Shown one piece after another: positions 29,939-39,963 of a stretch of DNA of 51,444 nucleotides. The first letter of the stretch is position 1. Each line of letters begins with the position of its first letter. Source of the stretch: a virus (Duplodnaviria; Caudoviricetes); IMG/VR virus record IMGVR_UViG_3300032327_000733, positions 1 to 51,444 of that record. The stretch is one strand, 5' to 3'. The translations under genes were made by a program, and so were the position numbers. The notes below the pieces were generated by a model that worked only from the letters and a program-made list of their open reading frames with translations, did not search any database and was not told the origin of the DNA.

Positions 29939-30682
29939 GTGGCAACTAACTTCTATTTCAACAATTTTTCATCTACAGGCGAACAGAACCTTTACGAGGA
30001 TCTGATCATAGAGTCTATCAAAATCTACGGCGAGGACATGTATTACATTCCTCGTGTTATCACCAACTATGACAAACTTCTTGGTGAAGACGCTTCGTCA
30101 CAATACAATCATGCTATCATGGTAGAGCTCTACATCAAATCGGTTGATGGATTCACTGGCGATGGTAACTTCATGTCTAAGTTTGGTTTGCAGATTCGCG
30201 ATCAGGTTGTATTCAGCATTGCTCAGAGAACGTTCAATCAGGAAGTTGCTATTGTAACTGATCAGGTAAGACCGAACGAAGGCGATCTGATTTACTTCCC
30301 GCTTAACCGCAAATGTTTCCAGATCAAGTTCGTCAATAAGTTTGAGATGTTCTATCAGTTCGGTGCACTGCAAACTTTTGAGTTGACTTGTGAGCTCTTC
30401 GAATATAGTAACGAACAGTTTAATACTGGTATCGCTGAGATCGATGCAATCCAGCAAAATTACTCTGTCAATATTCTTGATTATGTTATCATGGATGAAG
30501 AGGGTGTCAATTTGACTGATGAAGATAGTAACTATCTGGTTGTAGAGGGTTACAAACCTGAAACTATCAATCCAGCGTCTGAAAACGATACGATTCAGCA
30601 AGGAACTGATAACTTCCCGCTGGGATCGGATGACTTTATTGACTTTACCGAAAAAGATCCTTTCAGTGAGGGCAAAATCTGA
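29939..30682 (+). CDS. gp14: Neck protein gp14
   Basis: 'EQNLYEDLIIESIKIYG', 'RPNEGDLIYFPL', 'DFTEKDPF'. GTG start. Confidence 0.93.
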   Translation: MATNFYFNNFSSTGEQNLYEDLIIESIKIYGEDMYYIPRVITNYDKLLGEDASSQYNHAIMVELYIKSVDGFTGDGNFMSKFGLQIRDQVVFSIAQRTFNQEVAIVTDQVRPNEGDLIYFPLNRKCFQIKFVNKFEMFYQFGALQTFELTCELFEYSNEQFNTGIAEIDAIQQNYSVNILDYVIMDEEGVNLTDEDSNYLVVEGYKPETINPASENDTIQQGTDNFPLGSDDFIDFTEKDPFSEGKI

Positions 30683-31518
30683 TGTTCTCATCAACACCAT
30701 TCTACTTCTCATCGATCCGTAAATACATTATCCTGTTCGGAACTTTGTTCAACGGTATCTACATCAGCAGAACAGATAAAAATGGTAACGTGAATCTTGT
30801 CGAAAGAGTTCCGATTACATACGGACCAAAAGACAAAATGCTGTCTCGTGTGGTTCAGGATCCTAATATTGATCGTCCAACAGCGACGTATCCATTACCG
30901 ATGATGGCGTTCGAAATGACTGGCTTCGATTATGATGGTTCTAGAAAACTCCAGACGATTAATCGTATTGCAGTAGTAGATTCGGATGATAAGTCCAAAA
31001 ACAAATATCAGTATATGCCGGTTCCATACAACATCAACTTTCAGCTCAGCGTGCTTGTAAAGAATGCTGAAGATGGTAACAAAATCGTAGAGCAGATTCT
31101 ACCTTACTTCACACCAGACTGGACAACTACTGTTCATCTCATTCCCGAGATGAATGTTACCATGGACATACCGGTCGTTCTGAATAGAGTTAATCTTGAA
31201 GACGTATACGAAGGCGATTTCAAAGAACGTAGATCGATGGTTTGGAATCTTGATTTCACTATGAAAGCTTATCTATACGGTCCGGTAAAAACTTCCAAAG
31301 TTATCAAGTTTTCAAATACAGAATTCTTTGTCGTAAAAGGTGACATTGTCGCAAATACATCTAATCCGGTTGTATCATACATTCAGGTACAGCCTGGATT
31401 GACTGCAAATGGTAAACCAACTTCAAACTCTAGCCTTTCGATACCAGTTGCTAATATTGTTGCAACAGACGATTTTGGCTACGTAACTAACATCACGGAA
31501 CGGGACTATGGAAAATAA
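30682..31518 (+). CDS. gp15: Tail sheath stabiliser/terminator gp15
   Basis: 'IRKYIILFGTLFN', 'VPITYGPKDK', 'IVEQILPYFTP', 'LDFTMKAYLYGP'. Confidence 0.93.
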   Translation: MFSSTPFYFSSIRKYIILFGTLFNGIYISRTDKNGNVNLVERVPITYGPKDKMLSRVVQDPNIDRPTATYPLPMMAFEMTGFDYDGSRKLQTINRIAVVDSDDKSKNKYQYMPVPYNINFQLSVLVKNAEDGNKIVEQILPYFTPDWTTTVHLIPEMNVTMDIPVVLNRVNLEDVYEGDFKERRSMVWNLDFTMKAYLYGPVKTSKVIKFSNTEFFVVKGDIVANTSNPVVSYIQVQPGLTANGKPTSNSSLSIPVANIVATDDFGYVTNITERDYGK

Positions 31519-31933
31519 TGATGATGAAAGCCCAATCGACAGGGCATTGAATCTGGGACCAATTGTCCCACCAGACTATAGTAAATCGATTTCTACTATT
31601 GTTAACACGGCGAGAAATGATTCAGCTAAAGAAGATTTTACCTTCGCGCGCGCGAACGTTCGCGAGGTTATAGAAAACGGTACTGACGCTATTGCAAAAC
31701 TTGCAACTATCGCAGATCAGTCTCAAAACCCAAGAGCGTTCGAAGTCCTAGCCAAATTGATGGACACTGTAACCAACGCATCTAAACAGTTGCTTGACAT
31801 ACAGCAGCAGATCAGAACGATTGATAAAGCGGATGTTCCTCAGGATGAAGAAGCGAAAAAACACGTCACGAATAATCTTTTTGTAGGATCGACATCCGAG
31901 CTTCAGAAGATGATCGAGGATATGAAAAAGTGA
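31508..31933 (+). CDS. gp16: Terminase small subunit gp16
   Basis: 'PRAFEVLAKL', 'TNNLFVGSTSELQK'. Confidence 0.93.
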   Translation: MENNDDESPIDRALNLGPIVPPDYSKSISTIVNTARNDSAKEDFTFARANVREVIENGTDAIAKLATIADQSQNPRAFEVLAKLMDTVTNASKQLLDIQQQIRTIDKADVPQDEEAKKHVTNNLFVGSTSELQKMIEDMKK

Positions 31934-33573
31934 ATGAGATTAACAACTTCAGAAGTTATCTTGGCAATCCTAATCTAAAGCGCAGCGGAGTCTCCGTAAA
32001 CTGGACTCCAGATTTAGTGCAGGAATACATGAAGTGTAAAAACGATGTCGTGTACTTCGTTACAACTTACATGAAGATCATCAATATCAATCGTGGTCTG
32101 GTTAACTTTGTTCCCTATCCGTATCAAGAACAAATGCTCAAGACAATGGCGGAAGAAAGATACACCGTCATTGCTACGGCTAGACAGGCAGGTAAGTCAA
32201 CTACTACTTGCGGATTCATTCTTTGGTATATTATTTTCCATGCCGACAAGACCGTCGCTCTACTTGCAAACAAAGGTGATACTGCACGCGAAATCCTTGG
32301 GCGTATTCAGCTGGCATATCAGCATCTCCCTAAGTGGCTGCAGCAGGGAGTAAAAGAATGGAACAAAGGTTCGTTCGAGTTAGAGAATAATAGCCGAGTC
32401 ATAGCAGCTGCTACTTCTTCTAATAACATTCGTGGTTACTCTATCAACCTATTGTTTATTGACGAAGCTGCGTTCATCGAGAACTGGGACGAATTCTTCA
32501 CATCCGTTTATCCTACAATTTCATCCGGCACCGAATCAAAGATCGTTTTGGTTTCAACTCCAAACGGTCTAAATCACTTCTACAAAATCTGGCAGAACTC
32601 ATCTGAAGGTAAAAACAACTACAAACCAATCAGAGTGATGTGGCATGACGTTCCGGGAAGAGACGAAGCCTGGAGAAAAGACACTCTTTCTGCGATGAAT
32701 TTTGATACAGAAAAGTTTGATCAGGAGTACTGTGTAGAATTTCAAGGTAGCTCTGGTACTCTTATTGCTGGCTGGAAACTAAAAGAACTCGCGCATCAAA
32801 TACCGATTCATAAAAACGATGGATTACAGTTATTTGAACAGCCTGTGAAAGATCGCCCTTACGTCTGTATCGTCGACGTTTCAGAGGGCAAAGGTTTAGA
32901 CTACTCGGCATTCAGTATAATAGACGTTCATTCTATGCCTTACAAACAGGTCTGCACTTACCGTAACAATCTAGTGTCACCAATTGACTATGCTGAGATT
33001 GTTTTCAGAGTTTGCAAATCGTATAACAACGCTGTTGTTCTTGTTGAAATCAATAACATGGGTGGTCAGGTAGCAAATTCATTACATTATGATTTTGAAT
33101 ACGATAATGTTCTGTTCACGGAATCAGCTGGTAGAAGCGGCAAGAGAATCACTTCGGGGTTTGGTGGTAATATTGACAAAGGTATTCGCACAACGAAGTC
33201 AGTCAAGTCTGTCGGTTGTTCGATCTTAAAACTTCTGATCGAGCAAAATCAACTTGTCCTAAATGATTTTGAAACTATTAGCGAACTCTCTACCTTTTCT
33301 AGAAAGGGATTGTCCTACGAAGCAGAGTCTGGTAAACACGATGACATGGTCATGGGTTTGGTTCTGTTCGCCTGGCTTTCAGATCAGATGTATTTCAAGG
33401 AGCTTACTTCTATAAATACACTCGCTAGGCTCCGCGAAAAAACAGATGAAGAAATATCACAGGATCTTACTCCGTTTGGATTTGTTGATAATGGCATGAC
33501 GCATGCAGAGATAGTCGAGGCTCCGACTATTAGAGGATGGATGAGCGATGAGCCAGAACACGGGTTTTTATAA
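31930..33573 (+). CDS. gp17: Terminase large subunit gp17
   Basis: 'YLGNPNLK', Walker A 'RQAGKST', 'LLFIDEAAF', nuclease 'VDVSEG' and 'HDDMVM'. Confidence 0.97.
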   Translation: MNEINNFRSYLGNPNLKRSGVSVNWTPDLVQEYMKCKNDVVYFVTTYMKIININRGLVNFVPYPYQEQMLKTMAEERYTVIATARQAGKSTTTCGFILWYIIFHADKTVALLANKGDTAREILGRIQLAYQHLPKWLQQGVKEWNKGSFELENNSRVIAAATSSNNIRGYSINLLFIDEAAFIENWDEFFTSVYPTISSGTESKIVLVSTPNGLNHFYKIWQNSSEGKNNYKPIRVMWHDVPGRDEAWRKDTLSAMNFDTEKFDQEYCVEFQGSSGTLIAGWKLKELAHQIPIHKNDGLQLFEQPVKDRPYVCIVDVSEGKGLDYSAFSIIDVHSMPYKQVCTYRNNLVSPIDYAEIVFRVCKSYNNAVVLVEINNMGGQVANSLHYDFEYDNVLFTESAGRSGKRITSGFGGNIDKGIRTTKSVKSVGCSILKLLIEQNQLVLNDFETISELSTFSRKGLSYEAESGKHDDMVMGLVLFAWLSDQMYFKELTSINTLARLREKTDEEISQDLTPFGFVDNGMTHAEIVEAPTIRGWMSDEPEHGFL

Positions 33574-33576
33574 ATA
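33569..33576 (+). promoter_or_regulatory. T4-type late promoter for gp18
   Basis: TATAAATA overlapping the gp17 stop. A second copy lies at 33411-33418 inside gp17. Confidence 0.8.
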
Positions 33577-33622
33577 AGTTTGAAACGCTCGATTATATAA
33601 TACTTTCGAAAGGAGATAACAA

Positions 33623-35734
33623 ATGGCATATCAAGTAAGTCCTGGCGTAAACGTAACTGAGGTCGATCTTACTACAGTCGTTCCAGGCGTAGCCACTTCG
33701 ACCGGCGCAATCGCCGGTATTTTTCGCTGGGGTCCAGTTGGCGAAAGATTTTTGGTAACCGACGAAAATGTTCTCGTTAACACATTCGGCAAGCCAACAT
33801 CAAATAACTATGAGACATTTTTCACTGCCGCTAACTTTCTTGGTTACGGTTCTTCTCTTTACGTAGTTCGTGCTGCTAATACGACCAGCTCAAATGCTGC
33901 TCAAGGTGCTCTGAACGCGATCGCGAATACAGGCGCTGCAAACGTAGCTGCAAACGTTGTAAAGAACAGAAATGATTACCTGAACGTTCGCGATGGTAAT
34001 ACTTCTTCTAATGCTGTTTACATCGCAAAGTATCCTGGCTCTCTCGGTACATCGCTGAAGATTTCAGTTTGCGATAGTGTAAATGCATACAGCTCAAACC
34101 TGGCTCTTGTTGGAAATGTTACAAGCAATACAATTACTGGTTCTTTCTCGCTCAGCATTGGTTCAAATACAGGAACGTTCTCATTCACTTCCGACGGCGT
34201 TGTAGGTGCAGCTAATACTTACGCAAATACAATCGCGAACGGATTAACCGTAGGCGACGCTGTAACTATTGGAAACAGTTCTATTGGAACTCAGTATCTG
34301 AAGGTTACTTCTGTTGGTTCAGTAACTGCCAATGCTTCAGTAGCAACTTTTAATGTAAATTTTGATGGTGGTTACAGACTTGCAACTGATTACGTTGCTA
34401 ATACAACAACAAACGGTAACACTTCGGTTATTAACCTAACAAGAAACTGGGAATTCTTCGACAGAGTCGACGGAGCTCCTGTATCTTCTTACTATAATAC
34501 GAATTTTGGTAACACTTCAGCTATTGACTCAATGCACGTAGTAGTTGTTGACCATGATGGTATGTTCACTGGTGTTCCTAGTGCAGTTCTAGAAGTTTTT
34601 GAAAACGTTTCTCGTGCCACAGATGCTAAGTCTCAGGCAGGCGCTTCGCTTTACTACAAGACAGTAATCAATGATGGTTCTGCTTACGTATGGTGGGGTA
34701 ATGATCGTACTGGCGCTGTTTCAAATGTTGCTATGAATATTGCAAGTTCAACTAATCAAACTCCTCTTTCTCTTGAGTTCGTTGGTGGAACTGATGGTTA
34801 CACAGAATCAACTGCTCCTCTAAACATTCTTGCTTCTGCATATGATCTTTATAAGTCTGTAGAGACAGTTGATATTTCCCTAGTAATGCAGGGTAAGCCA
34901 ACTGGCGGAACTACAACTGTAAATGGTCAGACTGTAAGCAATTTCCAGCTTGCAAACTATCTGATTCAAAATATCGCTGAAGCTCGTAAAGACTGCGTCG
35001 CATTCATCTCTGCAGATGACTCTCTGGTAAAGAGCAATGTTGGAGCAGAAGCTACTTCTCTTGTTAACTGGTTTGGTGCTATCAACGACTCTACATATGC
35101 AGTATACGATTCAAGCTACAAGTATATGTACGATCGTTATAACGACGTTTATCGTTATGTTCCTCTGAACGGCGATATTGCTGGTCTTGCTGCAAGAACA
35201 GAAGCAACAAACGACGCTTGGTGGTCACCAGCTGGTTTCAATCGTGGTCAGATTAAAAACATTGTAAAACTTCGTTATAATCCAGTAAAACTAGAAAGAG
35301 ATCTTCTATACAAGAACTCGATCAATCCGATTGTAACATTCCCAGGTCAGGGAACAGTTCTGTTCGGTGATAAGACTGGAACCAAGAAGCCTTCAGCTTT
35401 TGATCGTATCAATGTTCGTCGCCTGTTCATCACTCTCGAAAAAGCAATTGCTAATGCTTCGAGATTCTCTCTGTTCGAGTTCAATGATGAATTTACAAGA
35501 TCACAGTTCAAAAACCTAGTTGTTCCTTATCTGCGTGATGTTCAGGCTCGCCGTGGCGTTACTGACTTCCTGGTTGTTTGCGACGCTACAAATAACACAG
35601 CAGAAAGAATCGATCGCAACGAGTTCTGGGGTGATATCTACATCAAGCCAAATCGTTCAATCAATTTTATTCAGCTGAATTTCGTTGCTGTTAGAACTGG
35701 CGTTCAGTTCTCAACAATCATCGGTCAGTTCTAA
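33623..35734 (+). CDS. gp18: Tail sheath protein gp18
   Basis: 'QVSPGVNVTEVDLT', 'WWSPAGFNRG', 'SAFDRINVRRLF', 'YIKPNRSINFIQLNFVA'. Confidence 0.97.
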   Translation: MAYQVSPGVNVTEVDLTTVVPGVATSTGAIAGIFRWGPVGERFLVTDENVLVNTFGKPTSNNYETFFTAANFLGYGSSLYVVRAANTTSSNAAQGALNAIANTGAANVAANVVKNRNDYLNVRDGNTSSNAVYIAKYPGSLGTSLKISVCDSVNAYSSNLALVGNVTSNTITGSFSLSIGSNTGTFSFTSDGVVGAANTYANTIANGLTVGDAVTIGNSSIGTQYLKVTSVGSVTANASVATFNVNFDGGYRLATDYVANTTTNGNTSVINLTRNWEFFDRVDGAPVSSYYNTNFGNTSAIDSMHVVVVDHDGMFTGVPSAVLEVFENVSRATDAKSQAGASLYYKTVINDGSAYVWWGNDRTGAVSNVAMNIASSTNQTPLSLEFVGGTDGYTESTAPLNILASAYDLYKSVETVDISLVMQGKPTGGTTTVNGQTVSNFQLANYLIQNIAEARKDCVAFISADDSLVKSNVGAEATSLVNWFGAINDSTYAVYDSSYKYMYDRYNDVYRYVPLNGDIAGLAARTEATNDAWWSPAGFNRGQIKNIVKLRYNPVKLERDLLYKNSINPIVTFPGQGTVLFGDKTGTKKPSAFDRINVRRLFITLEKAIANASRFSLFEFNDEFTRSQFKNLVVPYLRDVQARRGVTDFLVVCDATNNTAERIDRNEFWGDIYIKPNRSINFIQLNFVAVRTGVQFSTIIGQF

Positions 35735-35761
35735 TAAATAAAAAAAACAGGAGTAACGAAC

Positions 35762-36343
35762 ATGTTTGGTTTTAATATCAATGACTTCAAAAGTCGCGGT
35801 CTTTCATTAGGTGGTGCGAGACCTTCACTCTTCGAAGTCTCAATCTCAACACCCTTTAGCGCTGCAGCAGGCGCATTAGAAAAATTTACATTCACTTGCA
35901 GAGCTTCTGAAGTTCCAGCAGCAACTATCGGATCTGTTGATGTTCCTTATTTTGGCAGAAAGATTAAACTTGCTGGCGATCGCGAGTTTGCTGATTGGAC
36001 AGTAACGGTTATGAATGATGAAGATTATCTGGTTAGAAATATGTTTGAAGACTGGTCCAACCGAATGAATTCATTGGTTGGGAATTTGAAAATTGACGGA
36101 GCTTTAAACAATAGCTATAAGACAACAGCTTTTGTATCCCAATTTTCTAAAGATGGTACCGGTATTAGATCTTATGAATTCGTTGGCATTTTTCCAACAA
36201 CTGTTTCTAACATGGCTCTTGACTGGGACAATACAAACGCCATCCAGACGTTTGACGTGACGTTCTCTTACGATTATTGGGTTCCATATAATGGCGAGAA
36301 TGGCGGGGTTAAAATCGATACTGGTGATGTTGGCAACGCCTGA
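35762..36343 (+). CDS. gp19: Tail tube protein gp19
   Basis: 'GGARPSLFEV', 'GRKIKLAGDREFADWTVTVMNDED', 'FDVTFSYDYW'. Confidence 0.96.
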   Translation: MFGFNINDFKSRGLSLGGARPSLFEVSISTPFSAAAGALEKFTFTCRASEVPAATIGSVDVPYFGRKIKLAGDREFADWTVTVMNDEDYLVRNMFEDWSNRMNSLVGNLKIDGALNNSYKTTAFVSQFSKDGTGIRSYEFVGIFPTTVSNMALDWDNTNAIQTFDVTFSYDYWVPYNGENGGVKIDTGDVGNA

Positions 36344-36369
36344 TCAGAGTATAATATACATATTGTGAA

Positions 36370-36396
36370 GGAGAGGGGATTACTCCTCTCCATTTT
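36370..36396 (+). terminator. Hairpin (probable terminator/attenuator) between gp19 and gp20
   Basis: GGAGAGGGG-ATTA-CTCCTCTCC forms a 9-bp stem with one G-U pair, followed by ATTTT. Confidence 0.6.
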
Positions 36397-36411
36397 GGAA
36401 AAGTAAAATAA

Positions 36412-38127
36412 ATGAAACTATTCGGCTTCGAATTCCAACGTAAAGTTCCTGTTGATACAGCTCCGTCTTTTGCTCCGAAAGAAGCAGACGACGGAGCAGT
36501 TATCGTTGCCGCAGGTGGTGCTTACGGCACTTATATTGACCTAGACGGAACGGTAAGAACCGAAGCTGAGTTAGTAACTAAGTACAGAGAAATGTCTCTA
36601 CAGCCTGAAATTGATTCGGCTGTAGATGAAATCGTAAACGAATCAATATCAATCGACGAACAAAATATCGTCAGTATTGTTCTCGACAACCTTGAAGTAA
36701 CAGACAAGGTTAAGAAAGCCATTCGAGACGAATTTCAAAACGTTCTAAACATTCTAGATTTTCAATCAAGAGCATATGAGATCTACCGTCGCTGGTATAT
36801 TGATGGTAGATTGTATTACCACGTTGTTATTGATGAAAAGAACGTAAGTGCTGGTATCAAAGAAGTAAGATACGTTGATCCTAGAAAAATCCGTAAAGTT
36901 CGTGAAGTAGCAAAAAGAAAAGTTCCTGGTGGAGACGGTCACGAGGCTGTTGTCCCAAAGGTTCAAAACGAATACTTCATCTTCAACGACAAGGGTTTCA
37001 ACTATGGTAATAAGGTAGTTGGTCCTTCAACAACTGGTATGAAGATCGCCAAAGATTCGGTTGTGTATATCACTTCAGGATTGTCTGACACTCAGGGAAC
37101 AATGGTTCTCTCATATCTTCACAAAGCAATCAAAGCACTCAATCAGCTTCGCACTCTCGAAGATGCTCTAGTAATTTACCGCCTCGCGCGCGCTCCCGAG
37201 CGTCGTATCTGGTATATCGATGTTGGTAACTTGCCTAAAATGAAGGCTGAGCAGTATGTTCGCGACATTATGGTCAAGCACAAAAATCGTTTGATTTACG
37301 ACGGCGCAACTGGTGAGGTTCGCGACGATAGAAAGTTCATGACGATGCTTGAAGACTACTGGCTGCCTCGTAGAGAAGGCGGACGTGGTACGGAAGTAAC
37401 TACACTACCAGGCGGTCAAACGCTCGGTCAGATGGATGATGTTCTTTACTTCCAGAAAAAGATGTATCAAACTCTAAACGTGCCTGTGAACCGTCTCAAT
37501 TCTGATGCTCTGTTCTCTCTTGGTAGAGCAACAGAAGTTACAAGAGACGAACTGAAGTTCTCTAAGTTCATTTCAAGACTTCGCGGTCGTTTCAGCACAC
37601 TATTCACTTCACTGTTAGAAAAGCAGCTGGTTCTGAAAGGTATTATGTCGATCGAGGATTGGCAGAATATTGCTCCGGATATCAGATTCGACTTCGCTAA
37701 GGACAACTACTTCACCGAGCTAAAGAATGCCGAAATGATTCAGAATCGTGCCCAGCTCATGATGACTATGGATCAGGGTGGTTTGCTTGGTAAATACTAC
37801 TCGCACGAGTGGGCGCGCAAAAATATTCTTCAGCAGTCAGATGATGATATTGAAGAACAAGACAAAGAGATTGATGAAGAGCAGGAGGATCCTCGTTGGA
37901 ATCCTCCTTCTCCTATGGATGGAATGATTGATCCATCATCGACCGACGGCGAACAACCTCCTGTTGATGGTGAAGATCCAGGAGCTCCTTCAGAAGATAA
38001 TGCACAGGCTAAAAAAATCAGAGAAGCAGAAGCAACGGTTAATCTTCTGGGTAAAAAAGATAAGCGTTCTATACAGGATGAATCTAAATATAGATCAGCA
38101 GTACAAACTTTATCAAGAAATAAATAA
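36412..38127 (+). CDS. gp20: Portal protein gp20
   Basis: 'RRWYIDGRLYYH', 'YRLARAPERRIWYIDVGNLPK', 'EDYWLPRREGGRGTEVTTLPGG'. Confidence 0.97.
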   Translation: MKLFGFEFQRKVPVDTAPSFAPKEADDGAVIVAAGGAYGTYIDLDGTVRTEAELVTKYREMSLQPEIDSAVDEIVNESISIDEQNIVSIVLDNLEVTDKVKKAIRDEFQNVLNILDFQSRAYEIYRRWYIDGRLYYHVVIDEKNVSAGIKEVRYVDPRKIRKVREVAKRKVPGGDGHEAVVPKVQNEYFIFNDKGFNYGNKVVGPSTTGMKIAKDSVVYITSGLSDTQGTMVLSYLHKAIKALNQLRTLEDALVIYRLARAPERRIWYIDVGNLPKMKAEQYVRDIMVKHKNRLIYDGATGEVRDDRKFMTMLEDYWLPRREGGRGTEVTTLPGGQTLGQMDDVLYFQKKMYQTLNVPVNRLNSDALFSLGRATEVTRDELKFSKFISRLRGRFSTLFTSLLEKQLVLKGIMSIEDWQNIAPDIRFDFAKDNYFTELKNAEMIQNRAQLMMTMDQGGLLGKYYSHEWARKNILQQSDDDIEEQDKEIDEEQEDPRWNPPSPMDGMIDPSSTDGEQPPVDGEDPGAPSEDNAQAKKIREAEATVNLLGKKDKRSIQDESKYRSAVQTLSRNK

Positions 38128-38138
38128 GGGTTATAGAC

Positions 38139-38375
38139 ATGACGGAAATTGAAGCTCGAGTAGCAGATCTTATCAAGTTCAGTTCGAATCAGAAGCCTAT
38201 CGATTTCGAAGACGCTTTCAAGGCTGTTCTTCAGGATAGGGTTGCTTCAGCGATTGAAGGTAAGAAACAACAAATGGCGATGAATATGTTCGGAAACCCT
38301 TCTGATGATTATGAAACTGAAGAAGAATTAGAAACAGACGAAGTAGAGGACCAGGAAGATGGCGAAGACGCTTAA
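38139..38375 (+). CDS. gp67: Prohead core protein gp67-like
   Basis: Small protein with an acidic C-terminus directly after the portal gene, matching T4 synteny. Confidence 0.65.
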   Translation: MTEIEARVADLIKFSSNQKPIDFEDAFKAVLQDRVASAIEGKKQQMAMNMFGNPSDDYETEEELETDEVEDQEDGEDA

Positions 38376-39963
38376 AGATATCCTAAATGGCGTAAAAGCC
38401 TCCAAGGTCGTACCAGGATCAACTGGTAAAGATCCTGGTGTTGATTACGAACCGAAGGCTCCGAACGAACAAGAATTCGTAAAACTACACAAGACTGAGA
38501 AGCATTCGGATCGCGTTGGTAATGGAGACGATGTATATCAGGCTACAAACATCAAGCCTGCTCTTTCTGATTCAAAAGAAACGAAGCATGGTCGTAAGAA
38601 TATCAAAGATTCAGAAAACGTAAATGAAGCTAAGAAGGTTGGCGATCAGGTCGACGTTTCTCCTAGCAAAAACAATCCAGATTTCAAATCCAAAGCCACC
38701 GTAAAGTTTGTTGGTAAGGGTTATTCTGTAGCTAAGGATAAATCCGGGAAACAATACACGATCAAGCACGAAGCTAATGAAGCCGCAAAGTGCAATATGA
38801 CTGAAGAAGGTGTTTCTTGCCCAGTCCACGAAATGGCTGACTGTTCTAAGCCAAAAAAGACTCTCAAAGAAGTTCTCACAAAAAATACTTCAGCTGGCGA
38901 CATAATCCATGATTTCCGCAAGTCAAAAGACCCAAAGTTCGCTGGTAAGTCAGGCGAAGAACGTCAGCGTATGGCTCTTGGTGCTTATTACAGCATGCAT
39001 CCAGAAAAGTCAAAAAAGACTAATGAAGAAGTTGAGCCAATCAACGAAGTAAACCATCGCGAATATGGCGCCAAGGGTAAGATGCACCCAGACATGGCGA
39101 AGGGTATGGATGTTGGTATGCACACTGACTTCTATCAGCATGGTACAGGTGACAAAGGTTACGGTATGGTAACAAAGAACGACGGTAAAACAGTTCACGT
39201 TAGATCAAAGGCTAGAACCGGAACTCTCGGTAAGACTCACAAGTTTACTGTAACTCCACACCTCGGAGAAGAAACAGAGGGTTTTAATTCAGGAGCTCTA
39301 CACGGAGTTGGCTCCGCCGAAATCGTCGAAACAACAGATTTACATCCAGACTACAAACTGGTCAAAACTGGTAAGAAATCAACCACTGCGCACCCTGACG
39401 GCAAACCGACATACGATCTTCATTACAAAGGCGAAAAGTTAACTTCTATTCATCCTTATTCGGCGTATAAAGATAAAAAAACGCCTGGTTCTCGCGTAGT
39501 CGCAAGTCGTAAAGACATCACAAAATACAGCGCAAGTCTACCCGGTAGAAAAACGTCGGAACTAAATGATACAACAGCTGCACACGTAGCTAATAGTGTA
39601 ATCAGACATCATCAAGCGTCGATCAAGGAAGACCTAGCAGTTCCTCTACTTGGCGGTTCAGACGGCGATGAATCCGCTGAAATGGCAAAAACGCAACTGC
39701 GTGCTCTTGCGAATAAAGCACTTCATCTTGCTATGCAGCTTGGCGACGAACAGATTATTGAACCATGGGTGCAAGCAAAGATAGCAGTTGCTAAGGATCA
39801 TGTATCCGCAGTTCACGATTACATGGTATACGGCGATCATTCAAAAGACAAAGAAGAAGACGAGCAAACGGCACCTGTTGATGGTGGTATCGATATGACT
39901 GGCGCTCCAAGAAACACATTCCCGAATTACTCGGTCGACGTAAATACAGGAAGAAACGTATGA
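38359..39963 (+). CDS. Large prohead-core/internal head protein in the gp68 position, with many putative gp21 cleavage sites
   Basis: Lies between gp67 and gp21. Lys/His-rich modules are separated by hydrophobic-x-E sites. Confidence 0.6.
   Translation: MAKTLKDILNGVKASKVVPGSTGKDPGVDYEPKAPNEQEFVKLHKTEKHSDRVGNGDDVYQATNIKPALSDSKETKHGRKNIKDSENVNEAKKVGDQVDVSPSKNNPDFKSKATVKFVGKGYSVAKDKSGKQYTIKHEANEAAKCNMTEEGVSCPVHEMADCSKPKKTLKEVLTKNTSAGDIIHDFRKSKDPKFAGKSGEERQRMALGAYYSMHPEKSKKTNEEVEPINEVNHREYGAKGKMHPDMAKGMDVGMHTDFYQHGTGDKGYGMVTKNDGKTVHVRSKARTGTLGKTHKFTVTPHLGEETEGFNSGALHGVGSAEIVETTDLHPDYKLVKTGKKSTTAHPDGKPTYDLHYKGEKLTSIHPYSAYKDKKTPGSRVVASRKDITKYSASLPGRKTSELNDTTAAHVANSVIRHHQASIKEDLAVPLLGGSDGDESAEMAKTQLRALANKALHLAMQLGDEQIIEPWVQAKIAVAKDHVSAVHDYMVYGDHSKDKEEDEQTAPVDGGIDMTGAPRNTFPNYSVDVNTGRNV

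Noticed and set aside
30098-30712. 204-aa minus-strand ORF
   Set aside because: It lies antisense to the well-conserved gp14 and has no recognisable motifs.
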